Below, piece by piece: positions 50,176 through 62,976 of a stretch of DNA of 64,000 nucleotides (the stretch's first letter is position 1; every line of letters begins with the position of its first letter). This DNA comes from Lama glama. Its lineage: Eukaryota. The position numbers and the translations under genes are program-made. The notes beneath the pieces are model-generated. The model was not told the DNA's origin, ran no database searches, and saw only the letters and a list, made by a program, of their open reading frames with translations. Location of the stretch: NCBI GenBank assembly GCA_028534125.1, contig CM052817.1, positions 35,032,001-35,096,000 of the forward strand. The letters are read 5' to 3'.

Positions 50176-51367
50176 TAAGCATAGTTTGTTTTAAAATCGA
50201 AGTTTAGGAATCTAGACTCAGTTTTAGTGTTGGAAGATGCTTCAGAGATAGGTGGTCCACCCTCACCTAACTTGCACTGAGAAAGTGGAGATTCAAAGAT
50301 GTTAAAGTAATGAAGCATAAACCAGGAACGCAACCGGAGTTGTTGACTTCCGAGCCGTTGCTGGTTTTTTTCACTATTTCTCCAGTTAGCAACTTTGAGA
50401 GGGATGAGGAAGTGAGAACCCGAGAGAAAGCTATTTCAGGACCGTCTCTTCTTGTTAGAAACAAAATGATTTCATACCTTGCAAATTATGTGATACTAAC
50501 ATAGCCAGAACCACCAGAGTTAATTGTTTTCATCCCTACTGCTCTGTTCCTCTGGTCAGCATTCTCTGTTTTACTGACTGATTTTACAGTCACTAGAATT
50601 CTGAGGCTACTGCTGAGGATACAGTGACCCATTTTCAGAATCCAAAACATCAGCTCATCTGTCTCCTTGCCAGTCAGTGTTAGGTGTTGGCAGCGCTGTG
50701 CTTTCCTCTGCCTGCACTCTTGAATAATTGCTTTAACCATCAAGCTTAGTCATCTTCTCTGTCTGGAAGGTGATAAGTTGTACCAGTTCCAGCCTATCAG
50801 AGATTATAATAAATGTTCTTTCTCCTGTGGGTACGTGGATCTTATCCAGTTCCGTGAATGACACCACTTCTGCTCTTTGACTCAGGAAGCCTAGCACTGA
50901 TGTTCTGGTTTCATAATAGCATTGGGGAAAAGAACTTTTGTAAGAAGGAAATGAATGGAACCAATTTTATCCAGAGCCTAGACATGGCAGGATAAACCCT
51001 ATATAGACAGCCAGTGTGGGCATCATGGTCTTCATTTCTATGGGGCAGACATTCTTGTCTTCCTTTTACAAGGTCGGAGTCAGTAACAGAGCTGTAATTG
51101 AATCCCAGGTCCTTCTGATTCCTGTGTCCTGCACAGTGGTGATCATATAGGACGTAGAGAAGGATCTTTGCTTAAGAGTAGGTTTCTTAAAAGGACTGGA
51201 TATTTACACTCTCTGCTGCAGTAATTTCAGTTCTCATCACCAAGTTTGTCAAGTCTGCCCTATCTTTTTTTAGCCTCCTTATTGTAAGTAAACTTAAGCA
51301 GTTTAAAAATATGTGCCATAACACATCTTCCTTTTTTGACTTTTTCCAAGTGACTGGATTTTTAATT

Positions 51368-51571
51368 TTTCAAAATTGTAGAATAGATAAACAAGATTAC
51401 ACTGTATAGCACAGGGAAATATACACAAAATGTTATGATAAATCACAGAGAAAAAAATGTGACAATAAGTGTGTATATGTCCATGAATGACTGAAAAATT
51501 GTGCTGAACACTGGAATTTGACACAACACTGTAAAATGATTATGAATCAATAAAAAATGTAAAAAAAAAAA
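51368..51571 (+). mobile_element. Young L1 3'UTR, same subfamily as 14060-14327
   Basis: Near-identical caaaattgtagaatagataaacaagattacactgtatagcacagggaaat...ctggaatttgacacaac...aataaaaaatgt plus A-tail. Confidence 0.92.
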
Positions 51572-51994
51572 GAAAATGCCAAAAAAAAAGTCAAGATATT
51601 GAAGTCCATTTCAGTCTTTCAAAAACAATTGAGATGACTTTTCACACGAATTAGTAAGTGTATAGTAGTTTAAATAAATTTCTCGTTTGTCCTATTTCAA
51701 GATAAAAAAATAAAATAAAATTGCTTTTTCATAAAAACAGCAATACTTTTTGAATATTGAAACAGCAAAAATGAAGCCTGTTCTCTGTATCATTTGTTTC
51801 TATTCTACTGACAGATTTTCATCATTAATGGCAGTGGACACATGTCATGCCATTATGATGAGAGACATCGACCATACGCTAATCATCAACTGGACCAGAA
51901 GGGACCGCAGAGGTCACCTTGCGCCCCTCCTTATTTTGCCTACAATCCAGATTATCCCTTTTCTTGTCCTGCATGCTCCTGAGTTCTTTCTTTT

Positions 51995-52200
51995 GTTTGT
52001 TTGTTCATTCATTGATATATTCATTCATTAGAACACTACTGAGTATCTACCACACGCTAAGTACTGGTTTGGGTTCCGAGGCTGTAGTGATGAAAACAGT
52101 GCATTTTTTGACTTCAAAGTGCCTACAAATCTAAGGGGAGAAACAGTCTCCCACTTGGCTAATTATGATACAGGCTGATAAGTGGAGTAATGGAGCCATA
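51995..52200 (-). mobile_element. L2 3' end
   Basis: ttcattcatt...tactgagtatctaccacacgctaagtactgg. Confidence 0.6.
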
Positions 52201-52659
52201 AACCATGGAAGTTTTGAGCACATCTTGGTTAGTTCTGCCCTAAAACATTTTCATCCTTTGTTGTAGTGGATGATTAGGAAACCTAGGGTTTTGTTTTATT
52301 TTTTGTTCATGGAGTCTTGAACTGTTTAAAGTAGGAAAAGATCAGAGACCTCGGGTTGTTACTAATATCAACAGGGAAAGAATACAAGAGTGCAATTTCC
52401 TTCAATGCAGTAACTTCTCAATCAAGTTCTTCTATAGAGTGACGATTGTATGTACATAATCAGAGAATATACTGAGTCTGTATTTATTATATAGTGAATT
52501 TTGTTTTACTGAAATCAACAAAATACTCTTTATATGGGCCATCCTTTGGGAAATTAAAATAGAAGTTAAAAACATATTAACAATACAGCCAGTGTTTATT
52601 AAGTTCTTGCTGTATGGCCAGAATTCTCGTAAGTTCTGTGGTGGATTCATCATCACCAT

Positions 52660-52900
52660 CATAGTAGCTAACATTTATTGAGTGCTTTCTCTGTGCCAGA
52701 CACTGTGCAAAGCACTTTTCACATGTCATCTCATCTGCTTCTCAGAAAAACCAAACATAGTGGTTACTGCAAGATCCTTATTATACAGGTAAGGAAACCG
52801 AGGCCCAGAGAGGTTATGTAACTTACCCATGATCACCCAGCTCCTGAGTGGCAGAGTTAGGACTGTCTGTCACAGAGCCCATGCTCTTAGCAGCTACTCT
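52660..52900 (-). mobile_element. MIR SINE
   Basis: agctaacatttattgagtgct...tgtgccagacactgtg...aggaaaccgaggcccagagaggttatgtaacttaccca. Confidence 0.85.
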
Positions 52901-53551
52901 GAATAAAAGAAGTAAAAGACAGCAACCTGTAGTTTAGGAAAGTTCATGCTTTTTCGTGACAAGGTAAAATTGTAAGGAATAACGTTGAGACCATATATAA
53001 TCAAGTTCCATTCTTAATCTTTTCACTGACACATACTCTCTGTAGCCAGTTTCATCCAGCTGGGTGATTCTAATTCCCATCTCTCAGCTGATGACTTCTC
53101 AAGCTCTCCCAGCAAGCCCCACCTCTCTTACGATCGCAGACCTGCTTTTCCAGCTTCTGCTGGACATCTGCATATTTTGTCCCATAGACATCTCACACCC
53201 ATTGAGTCTAAAAATTAACTTATGAACTGATCATCCATATCTGCTCATTCTGTTTCAGAGTTTGTTAACCACATCACCGTCTACACCATTCTCCAAAGCA
53301 CAGCTGTCCCAATGGTGCCCTTCTTTTTTTCCACCATCCTGTAGCTGATTGCACTTTAATCTACCATTTTCACTGTGCCCGTTTATCTGAGACATTCTGA
53401 TTTCAGGATCTGGCGGTAAAATTAATTAAATAGATTTCCATGAAGATGAAACTGTTCAAAATGATCACACTGCTTGAATGTGAAGAAAAAGTCCATGCAA
53501 AATCAGCTTTCACTGTTTATATATTCAATTCCGACATATGTGTCAGAATTC

Positions 53552-53755
53552 TTTTTTTTTTTTTGTATTGTAGTCAGTTTACAGTGTTGCATCAACTTCT
53601 GGTGTACAGCATAATGTTCCAGTCATACGTGTACATCCATATATTCCTTTTGGTATATTTCATTATAGATTCCTACAAAATATTGAATATAGTTCCCTCT
53701 GCCATACAGTATAAACTTGTTTATCTATTTTATATATCTATTTTATCTATATAAA
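53552..53755 (-). mobile_element. 5'-truncated L1 3'UTR
   Basis: Poly-T; ctggtgtacagcataatgtt...tattgaatatagttccct...tacagtataaacttgtttatctatttt. Flanking cagaattc repeats. Confidence 0.85.
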
Positions 53756-54759
53756 ATTCGTTAGTACAGAATTCAGTCTTGATTTCAAAGTAGTTGAGGT
53801 TTAGATCTCGCTATGAGTTAATTCTCTTAGTTCCTGTAGTACTTTGTATCTCTGTGCTCTCACTGGTCACATTTTCATAATTATTTGTTTATATTTACTG
53901 TTCTGTTGAATAGCAGAGAGTCTGGTCCTATGTCTTTGAAGCCCAGCCACCACCAGCAAGCATAGTGCCAGACACAGCAAATGTTTACTAACGTTTGCTA
54001 TTTGAAGGGATAACTCACAGTAATTTTAAAACTGAAAACCGCCAATAAGCTAGGAAAGCATAATTTACTTTTTGAAGATGTTATCAAGTTGCTGTTTATT
54101 AGTAAGCTATCAGTCAAATAATTTTAGAAAATCTTAGCCTTCTTCACATCAATTTACACGGTGCAAGTTGTTAAATCTCAGGATATACAGTGTTTCTCCT
54201 TAAGAATCTTGAGTGGCTGCTCATTACCTACTAATCAAGTGTCCTTTCAACTCTGATTACAAAGCTCTGGTCCATGATTTCCTACCTGAAGGATCCTAAA
54301 ATCTGATGTGAAGGTAGATATTATGCCACAGTAATGAGGAAAGTGGTTATAAATATTCACATGTGAACCATGACTCAGTAGCATTAATGCCAGCAATTAG
54401 CAGTTTGGGTTTTGTTTCATATTTTGTGAAAGACAGTTATCTATCTGATTTGGGTTGTCCTGCCCTTTTAAAAACATGTTTGGTTTATACGTATGATTAT
54501 CACAAAATAACCCAGAAATTTGTCTGTTCTTGCATTTGACAGCTGGAACACGACCAGTCAATACTGCTGGTTCTGATACTTATCCTCAAGGTCTTCGGTT
54601 TTTAATACTGCTAAGTGATTAATTGCAACACAGAAGAGTATCAAAGACAATGGCATACTGACTGTATCTAACCAGAGATGGATCATTTTTTTAACACTCC
54701 CTTTATACAGAATCATTACTTTTGTTAACCATTTAATATCAGAAACAAGCATTATTTTC

Positions 54760-54925
54760 TATATAATAGTTATTATTATAGTATGTCAATTTCTGGTGTA
54801 CAGCATAATGTTTCAGTCATACATATGCATACGTATATTCATTTTCATGTTCTTTTTTATTATAGGTTACTACAAGATATTGAATATAGTTCCCTGTGCT
54901 ATACAGAAGAAGTTTTTTAATCTGT
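54760..54925 (-). mobile_element. 5'-truncated L1 3'UTR
   Basis: gtcaatttctggtgtacagcataatgtttcagtcatac...tacaagatattgaatatagttccctgtgctatacagaaga. Confidence 0.85.
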
Positions 54926-56344
54926 TATTCTTTAGTTTTAAAAAACAGTTATAAACAATAACAAATTGCAACTTTAAAGATATTCTTTATATTCATTAAA
55001 GTATTTCTTATATAAAATAAACGTTATGCTTACCAAAAAAAAAAAATACTGCACCTTGCAAGTCTCACTGTTTGAAATACAAATTAAAAACTTCAGATGG
55101 TCACATAAATGACAGAAATGAAGTAACTAAAATTCTGTGTCTTCGTATGACAGTCACTGGACTGTCATTGTTTATTTGAATCTGCTGTTTCAGTGCAGGA
55201 ATCTGTGGCAGGACAGGGGTTGTACAAACCCCCTGTGAAGCCAGATTGCACAATTCTGAACCATCACCAATTCATTTACTCTATAAATGAATATTTGTAG
55301 CTGAATCTGCCTCCATGGATGTGTAAATGGGCGTTCGCCAAGCTTAACTTTCATGGAGAGTAAATGCTTGTTAGAGTTAAAGAATTAGGAATGTGCTAAT
55401 TTGAAGCTTACGTGTATATTATTATACAGTGTAACAGTCACTGCAGTAGTTATTTAGAATTTAGAGTAACAAAAGATTTTTGGGAGGAGGAATATTTTAC
55501 CACTGACATTGTTTCAAATTGCCAGCGCATGATAATAATAAAATGCACACTGAGTTTTAGTATCCACGCTTTTAAATTCTCTCCAGACATCCTATGGCCC
55601 CGTTGTCGCTACTGGAGCAGACCCCTCCCACCGCCTGCACTTCAGACATCATTGATCGTACTGAATGGCTTTGATTTCTCCTTCATGGGTCCATACATGG
55701 TAATCTGCGCTGACAAACCTAGGTCATACATTTCTGCAGGTGGAGCCTGACTTCTGTCCTGGATTCAGTCATCTTCTGCTGCGTGCAGTATCTCCCACCA
55801 TCTTCCCTTCTGATCTTCATTCCTTGTCCTCAGTAACCTCAGCAATTTCACCAAACCTGTGCTCTCAGAGAAGAGGCAGGAGGCCATCCTTTTTATTAAG
55901 CTTTAGCTTTGTTATATTTCTAAATCTCAATAGCAGAAAACGTTATTGGTGAGTCAGCTTGATTTGCATTTTCCAACCCTGCTTATGCTGGTCTGACGTT
56001 ATATCCGCAGATGAATATCAGTGATGTATTGCCTTGAAGACAAAATGTGTTTCCAAATAAATTGGTTCACAAAAGGGCAGCTGGGGTGGCTTCTCGCTAT
56101 TCTGCATCTCAATAACTGTTTTGGTCAATTAATATGAAGGAACATATTGTTTTCTCAAACTGTAATAAGCATAAATGTGTCACCACCAAATGCCACATCC
56201 ATTAAATTTTAGGAAATCTGGAATGGTATTAAAGTGTTTAATAGCTATCAAAGTTAGTGTCTTATGTGAGATTTTCAACAGCGGTAGAGTAGAAGTCGTC
56301 ATAGATTTATTTTTAATGTGATCAGCTGATGAACGTTGTGAATA

Positions 56345-56560
56345 GCAACCATTCGCTGATGGCTTACCATGTGTGAAGCACTGTTCTAAGTCCTTCAGAT
56401 GGCTTTGCTGAGGTAGGTACTCTTATTATTCCCATTTTATAGATTAGGAAACTGAGGCATAGAGCGATCAAGCAATTTTTTCTATATCATGCAGCTAGGC
56501 AGAGTTGGGATTCTAGTCTGGGCCATCTGGCTCCAGACACCACTGTGTTAATCACTACAA
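56345..56560 (-). mobile_element. MIR SINE
   Basis: aggtaggtactcttattattcccattttatagattaggaaactgaggcatagag. Confidence 0.85.
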
Positions 56561-56744
56561 TCTCAGTGGTACTTAAAAGGACCATGGAGTTACCACCTAG
56601 TTCTAGAAATACCAGAACCTAGCAGGCATTTAATAAACGGTTACTGAAATGAAATCAGTCATATATGTCCAGAATCTGAACACATCCTGACTAATCACAG
56701 TTTGTTCATACCTATAACTAATAGTGCTTCCTTACTTTAAAAAA

Positions 56745-57850
56745 AATTCTTAATGATGGAAATTTCCAAACATGCAAAAGTAGAGAGGATAGTATAATGA
56801 ACTCTTGCAAACTCATCACCTAGATTTGACAGTTATCAACACGTGATCAATCTTGTATCCTCTCTCTCCCCCCACTACCACCCTCACTGGAATATTTTAA
56901 AACAAATTTCAGACATCATATTATCTGCAAGTTTTTTCACTAAGTATCTTATCAAAAAAGGACCCCTTTAAAAATGTAATCTCAATCACACTATCACCTA
57001 AAAATCAAAATTAATTTATCAATATCAATTATTTAGCAGTGTTCAAATTTTCCTGTCATAAATGTATCTTATTGTTGGTTTGTTTGAGTCAGCATCCAAA
57101 TAAGATTCTCATGTTGCATTTGGTTGATATATTTCTTGTCTCCTGTAGTCCATAAACATTCCTTCTCTTCCCTTTTTCCCCCTCTTACCACTTGTTGAAG
57201 AATAAGGGTCATTTATTCTGTAGTATTTTCTATGTTGTCTCGCCCTACTTTTGGGTGAGAAAGAGTTGCTTTTCGTTTCCCTAAAGCTTAGGAGAGGATA
57301 GAACAGCGTGGGCTGTGATATCTCTAAGTGGAACCACTGGCCCCTGGGAGCTGAGAGGGACAATGGCCAATTTGACGGTCCCAGTGTGCTACTGGGGAAC
57401 TCTTTCTGGGCAGTGATCCTTTTATCTTTTATAGTCATATTGATAATAAAGAGGCATAGAAAGGTACAGGAGTGCCTTCTGAATCCTTAAATAATTATCA
57501 GATGACGCTGAGTAGGTATTAACTGATACATTCTAGTTCTTTGAAAACCAGTACTCAGGTTCACAGATGTTCTGTACATTTATTTTCTATTAACTGGGAT
57601 ATGTAATTAGAATATGCAATGTTGTGTTTATTCTTAAAATCTAGATTCAGGAAGTGGAAATCTTGCAAGTAAGGAATATGCTGGGTGTCACTTCGAGACC
57701 ATGTATTTTATTATCCAGTGATTTTTCTCATGTCTGTTGATGATCCTTGCCTAAATCAGTTGTTACATGGGGGTTGCAAAATGATGATTTTTCTAATTTT
57801 ATTGTTTCTTCTACATTTATTCGTTGACATTCTTCTTAAAGAAAACCTTT
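56745..57850 (-). mobile_element. Old L1 (L1MC/ME-type) 3' region, discontinuous
   Basis: aaaagtagagaggatagtataatgaac...catgttgcatttggttgatat (to about 57240), resuming near 57700 with gatccttgcctaaatcagtt...ggttgcaaaatg. Confidence 0.65.
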
Positions 57851-57871
57851 TTACTTAGAAACTGTCTTAAC

Positions 57872-58042
57872 CAGTGGTTCTTTACCAATTTTGAGTCTCC
57901 ACCCATCTTGAAAATCTAATGAAAGTGGATTCTAGCACTGGAAAAATGCTCATATTCACAGATTTTATGTACAATTTTATTGGGTTCTTGGACTTCTAAA
58001 GCCCAGTTATCTCTATGAAACCCCCTTCATATAAGATCCTAG
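57872..58042. mobile_element. Charlie4z/MER103-like hAT MITE
   Basis: cagtggttct...ttgaaaatctaatgaaag...gaaaaatgc...attttatgtacaatttt...aagccc...taagatcct. Confidence 0.6.
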
Positions 58043-60119
58043 GTTGTGTTCCAATCCTGCCATATTATGTTCGTGTAAGGAAGCTTGGTGTCTGGGAAGG
58101 TTTCAGTGATGTCCTTAAGGTTACACGTTAGTAGAAATAAACTTGACCTTAGGGTTTTTTTGTTTGTTTGTTTCTTATTCTCATGAAAAACCACTGGTTT
58201 GCCTACATATAACTCACAAAAAGTTCTGTAATATAGTGAGAAAAAGCTCCTGAATGAAAAGAATGGCCTTGTAGAGTGAAGCGAGGAGGGGCAGATTTTT
58301 ATTTTAGGAACAAGTCCATAGACGCAGGGCACCTGAGTATTCCAGTTTCAAAATAATAGAATTCTTTGTTACTGAAACTGTTTTCTATAATTCCTTTTTC
58401 TTGCTTTCCTCACCCTAATGTTTAATGTAAAAAGTGGCTGATGTTTTCGGAGGCAGAGGCTAATCCGGTGTTTCAGGAAATGATGGTTTGTGGCACTTTT
58501 CTCGCTGTGAAGGGGCGCTCTCCCTGCTGGACAGCACCTGTTCCCTTAGGGTCTCGTAAGATAGCTATCTGGGCGCGTGTGACTGGCTTTACAAAATGCT
58601 ATCATCGGTCATCATGTGTTTTCTATTAGCACATCTCGGTTGTATCTGAGCCATATGCAGTTTTTTAGGATTAATGTAGTTTTTTAGGATTTCTGCAGAA
58701 ACCGTGTTATTCAACACACCACTGTGACCTTCAGTCTGGAAAGCCTCATTACATCTCGGCCTTGCTCCGGACAGCCAAAGCCGGCTCCAAGGCAGCACAT
58801 ATCATGACTGTCTGCAGGCTTTGTTTGCACAAAGGGACACGTCTATTTCATTGTCCTTGGTATCACAATGTGTGGAAAAGGGAAATGGTACCGCTTTCTC
58901 TCTAGCATTTTCTTGTGGTGGAAGAGATTGATGAAGTACAGGCAGGCGGTAGAATTTGTGCAAAATAAGATGGGAGTCGTCACGATGTCCCGTCTTGTCA
59001 GTATTTCCTGGTTTGTGTGTGTAGCGGGGGAAGATGGGGATGCAGAGAGGGCTGGAAGTCAAATAATGCTGGAAAAATACAGGCCGCTTAAAATATAGGT
59101 GACCCAGGGGATGATTTTAACCCAAACAGGCTATAAAATAATAGATGACTTTAAGTTACTGCTTTTCATAGTGTATAAAATAGTCTACAAAGCATGAGCT
59201 GCAGACCTCTGGGACACTGACCGCAGAGCTTTTATCAGGATGGGACAGAGTTCCTGCTTCTGTCTCCTTGTGTGTAAAGGAATCCTTAGTCACTGCTGAT
59301 TGGGGAATTCTTTACTTTCGGTGCCTGGTATTGTAATTAATTTGTTTTCTGGGCAGATCCCTTATCCCATCCCTGAAAAGTTTCCTTGACAAGGGTGACT
59401 GGATCCCTTTCTACTGTTTCTAGATGCAGACAAACTGGAAAGGCAGTTTGGAAGGTGTTTCAATTTTGATCTTTATGAAATAGATGGATAAAAATAATAG
59501 TTCAAATAAGATATAAATAAAAAATATTTTTTAGGTTTCTGAACTTCCCACATAAAATATTCTCTTCTACATTAAAAAAAATCAAAGATCAAATTCTGTG
59601 ATAACCAGACAAGTGCTAAAGATACTTTAAATAATAAACTGCGCTGTATTGACTAATGTTTGAGTCACTAACATTTCTGAAATAAACTTTCTTGAAGTAG
59701 TATTTATTTTTCAGGAGACGATATATCAAGCGTAGTTATTTTGGGACTCTGTTTTAAAAAAAAAATCTAACAGCCCTTCTGAATTGTTTTACCAACCTAG
59801 AAAACTTTTCTTGTGATGTTTATCATGAGTATCTGATTGCTTCTGAGAAAAACAAAGATAAGCATTAAAACTTCACATGAACTGGCTTTTTGTTGTACGG
59901 ATTTAGATATTTAGGTAGGGGAAGAGGTGGCGGCAAGGTGGGGGAATTTGGTGTATGTGTCAATTTCCTGTTACTTTACAGAGGTTTTAGGCTTGTAAGA
60001 CTAATGCTCCGTCAACTGTTCATGTCCCTCCTTGGTGTGCCGCAACGTGTGGCTGCTGCCACCAGGTGGATGCTGGTGCCTAGGCACAGCTATGCCTTCC
60101 AAACTGGAGACTGGGAGGC

Positions 60120-60400
60120 AGTGATTCAGCAGTTTAACAAGCATCTATCAACTCACTATGCGTCAGGCACTGTGCTGGGTGCTGAGTATACAAAGATGAA
60201 TGAGACAGAATCCCTGCCTGTGGGAGACAGACACAAGACAAAAAACAGGCAGACACTGTTTCTTTTTTTTTTTTTTAAGTGATGGAATTATGCATACAGG
60301 GCTCCCAAAGGACAAAGAGAAAACAAATCACTACCCTTGATTTTATGGAAGATGTCCTGAAGGGAACTGCTATGGAGCTGCACCTTGAGGCGTGATGATG
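60120..60400 (-). mobile_element. L2 3' end
   Basis: ttaacaagcatctatcaactcactatgcgtcaggcactgtgctgggtgctgagtatacaaagatgaa. Confidence 0.7.
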
Positions 60401-60999
60401 AGTTAGGTTAAATTAAGGAGAGTCCTGCAGATGACTGATTCCAAGCGAATATATATATATGTTGTGTTTTTCTGGAAAACTGTAATGATAAACTCAAATC
60501 AAAACTCCCTAAATCTCTAATTACTAAAAGTAGTAATGAATAAATGTAGGAAAATTATTTGGAACAAGATTTAAAAGACTGTAAATGTCTTAATATTTTT
60601 AATTACCATCCAGTTAATCTCCTGCTGTTAACCAATTCTTATTCTGATATCCTTTTAAAACCATCTTAAAATTACCCTAAATTTTTTAAGATCAAAACTC
60701 AGTGGATCCTCCCTTCCCTATCTCTTTATGTCTCTTTATTTATCTGTTTGTCTCTGTATCTAATCTGTCTATATCTATCTTACCATCCATCAGAAGTAAG
60801 GACTTCCAGGTAGCTTGGAATTTTTTAAAAAAGTCTTTGTATTCTAATTTTCTTATCCACTAGATGGTTAATGCATAATACACAGTTATTGTACAGTTCT
60901 TGTCTGTTTCTTGGCCTGAGACATAATTGGCTCTTTGCCCGCTTGATATGCACTCAACACCATGAAGCTGCCTTTGCCAGGTCACTGTCTCCTTGTTAC

Positions 61000-61590
61000 T
61001 AAATCTAACAGACATTTGTTCGTACACACCTTTCTTGAAGATTACATAATTTCTCTGCTTAGAACCACTTGTGTCTTCATGGCTTTTAGGATGAAGTTCA
61101 AACGCTTTAATATGACCACACCTGACCCTACTCGTGCCTCCAGCCTCATCTCTTACCACGCTTCCCCACTCACTGTTAAGATCCCACACAACTGACCTTC
61201 TTTTGGTGTTTTGAATGTGCCCTGTCTCCTCACCTCCAGGACTTGCTGTTCCCTCTGTTCTTTCCTTCTCTATCCCTTTGCTGCCCACTCCTATCCATCC
61301 TTCAGGCTCGAGTTCAGACTTACGCTTTCCTTTGAAAGAAACTAAACTCCAATCATGTCCTTAAAAAAAAAAACTGTCCACTTCTTCCAACCTCAGTACT
61401 AGCTGAGTACTGGTCTGTAGTCTATACAATCGTTACTACTTGTCAGGACTACTCTAAAAACTCCCAAACCCGTGTTTCTGCTTCTACTCTCGCCCTTCTG
61501 CATAATCCATTCTCCACTCATCCACAAGAGTGATCTCTTAAAATACAATTGGGATCATGTCACTTTTATTTAAAGCCCTCCAGTGGCTTA
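61000..61590 (+). mobile_element. L2 fragments
   Basis: ttaggatgaagttcaaac...ccagcctcatctc; tccattctccac...gatcatgtcact...aaagccctccagtggct. Confidence 0.65.
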
Positions 61591-61736
61591 GCATGTAATT
61601 CAACTTAGGTGATCAAGCATCTTACCGCTTCACAGCTGCAAATCCTGCTCTCACCCTTGCTGGCATGCTCAGTTCTAAGGTAGGCATCCAGGTGATTCAC
61701 GATGTGCTTACCTCATTACAAAATGTTACTAGAATA

Positions 61737-61850
61737 GGGTGGTGGTGGTATAGCTCCATGGTAGCACACATGCTTAGTTAGCTTTCATGAGGTTCTGGGT
61801 TCAATCCCTAGTACCTCCATGAAAATAAATAAATAAATAATTTTAAAAAG
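61737..61850 (+). mobile_element. vic-1-like SINE, short form
   Basis: TSD aatgttactagaa (61722-61734) / aatgttattagaa (61851-61863); B box gggttcaatccc. Confidence 0.88.
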
Positions 61851-62976
61851 AATGTTATTAGAACAAAAATACAAAGCTAAAAAATTCTTACAGAAAATGT
61901 CCAGACTTTTGAGGCACCTTCCCTCTTTAAGAAACACTGACTCAAGCCTTCCTCTGGCACCTGTGCCCCACCTCCCCAGCCAGGGTGATGACCCTCTTTT
62001 CTGTGCTTCTTTCTTTAGGGCTTAAAATGTCAAGTGATTTTCTTTAAGTTCCTTGAGTGATTTCAATGTTCTCTGTGTTTACTACTATTCCATCTCCAGT
62101 GCAGTGCTCAGCTCAGGAAATATTTTTTCAGTTGACTAGTTGAAATTATAACATTTTTCTGGACTTACTCTTGTTCTCTGCCTTGGAAGACCCGGTATTT
62201 ACAGTATTATCATGTACAGTATATTCTCATTATCATAGATTTTTGTCATTTTATAATATATTCTCGTAAGAATAACAACATACTCCTTTGGAAAATATTT
62301 CAGGTTTCAGGAAAACAAATTTATTCTTGCTAGTGACATGAATGTGCCTGGCATATATTATGTAATGGTACTAGGGTTTGTTGAACTGAGTGAGCTAAAT
62401 TGGTAACTGCCTTTATAAATTTGGCCTATTTTCTTTTAATGTTTTTCTACTATTTTTTAAAATCTTATGATTATACTGTTTATATACTATTTGGAATTTT
62501 ACTTTTTAAAAGCCTACTAATATTAAGTATTGGCATGTTTCATAGATGTAACTTTTAATGGCTGCCTGATATTTTCTTTATGGGCTAATTACCGTAATTA
62601 CACATAGTTGACTTACAAAATGTTTATCAAATGTCTGTTGTGTGCCATGACTGTCCAATGGTGAATAAGACATAGTCCTTGACCTAGAGGTACTTTCAGA
62701 CTAGCATGTAGGGAGGAAGAAAGTAAAGAGACAATTATGTTCCCGTATTTTAGACATTAGGTTATTTCTAGAATTTCATTATGAGTCTTGACATATGTTG
62801 TCAAAATTCATTCTAGGTATTGTGGCAATCGGCCCTCCCACCAGTACACAAGATCTAGAATCCAGAGCACAGGATGGGGTTGGAATTCTTCCACATTTAG
62901 CGGTATCTGAGCCTGTTGCTTTATCTCACCTGAGAAGATTAATAAGCTAACGCTGAGATCCTGTCACTTTTTAGAT

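Noticed and set aside
51336..51594. Inverted ttgacttttt / aaaaagtcaa flanking an L1 that lacks an obvious TSD
   Set aside because: 10 bp, half homopolymer; too weak to claim a target-site inversion.
58502..58520. CTCF-like tcgctgtgaaggggcgctc
   Set aside because: Mismatches at high-information core positions.
58791..58802. ggcagcacatat matching the 5' region of U6 snRNA
   Set aside because: Only 12 nt; similarity does not extend either side, and there is no tail or TSD.
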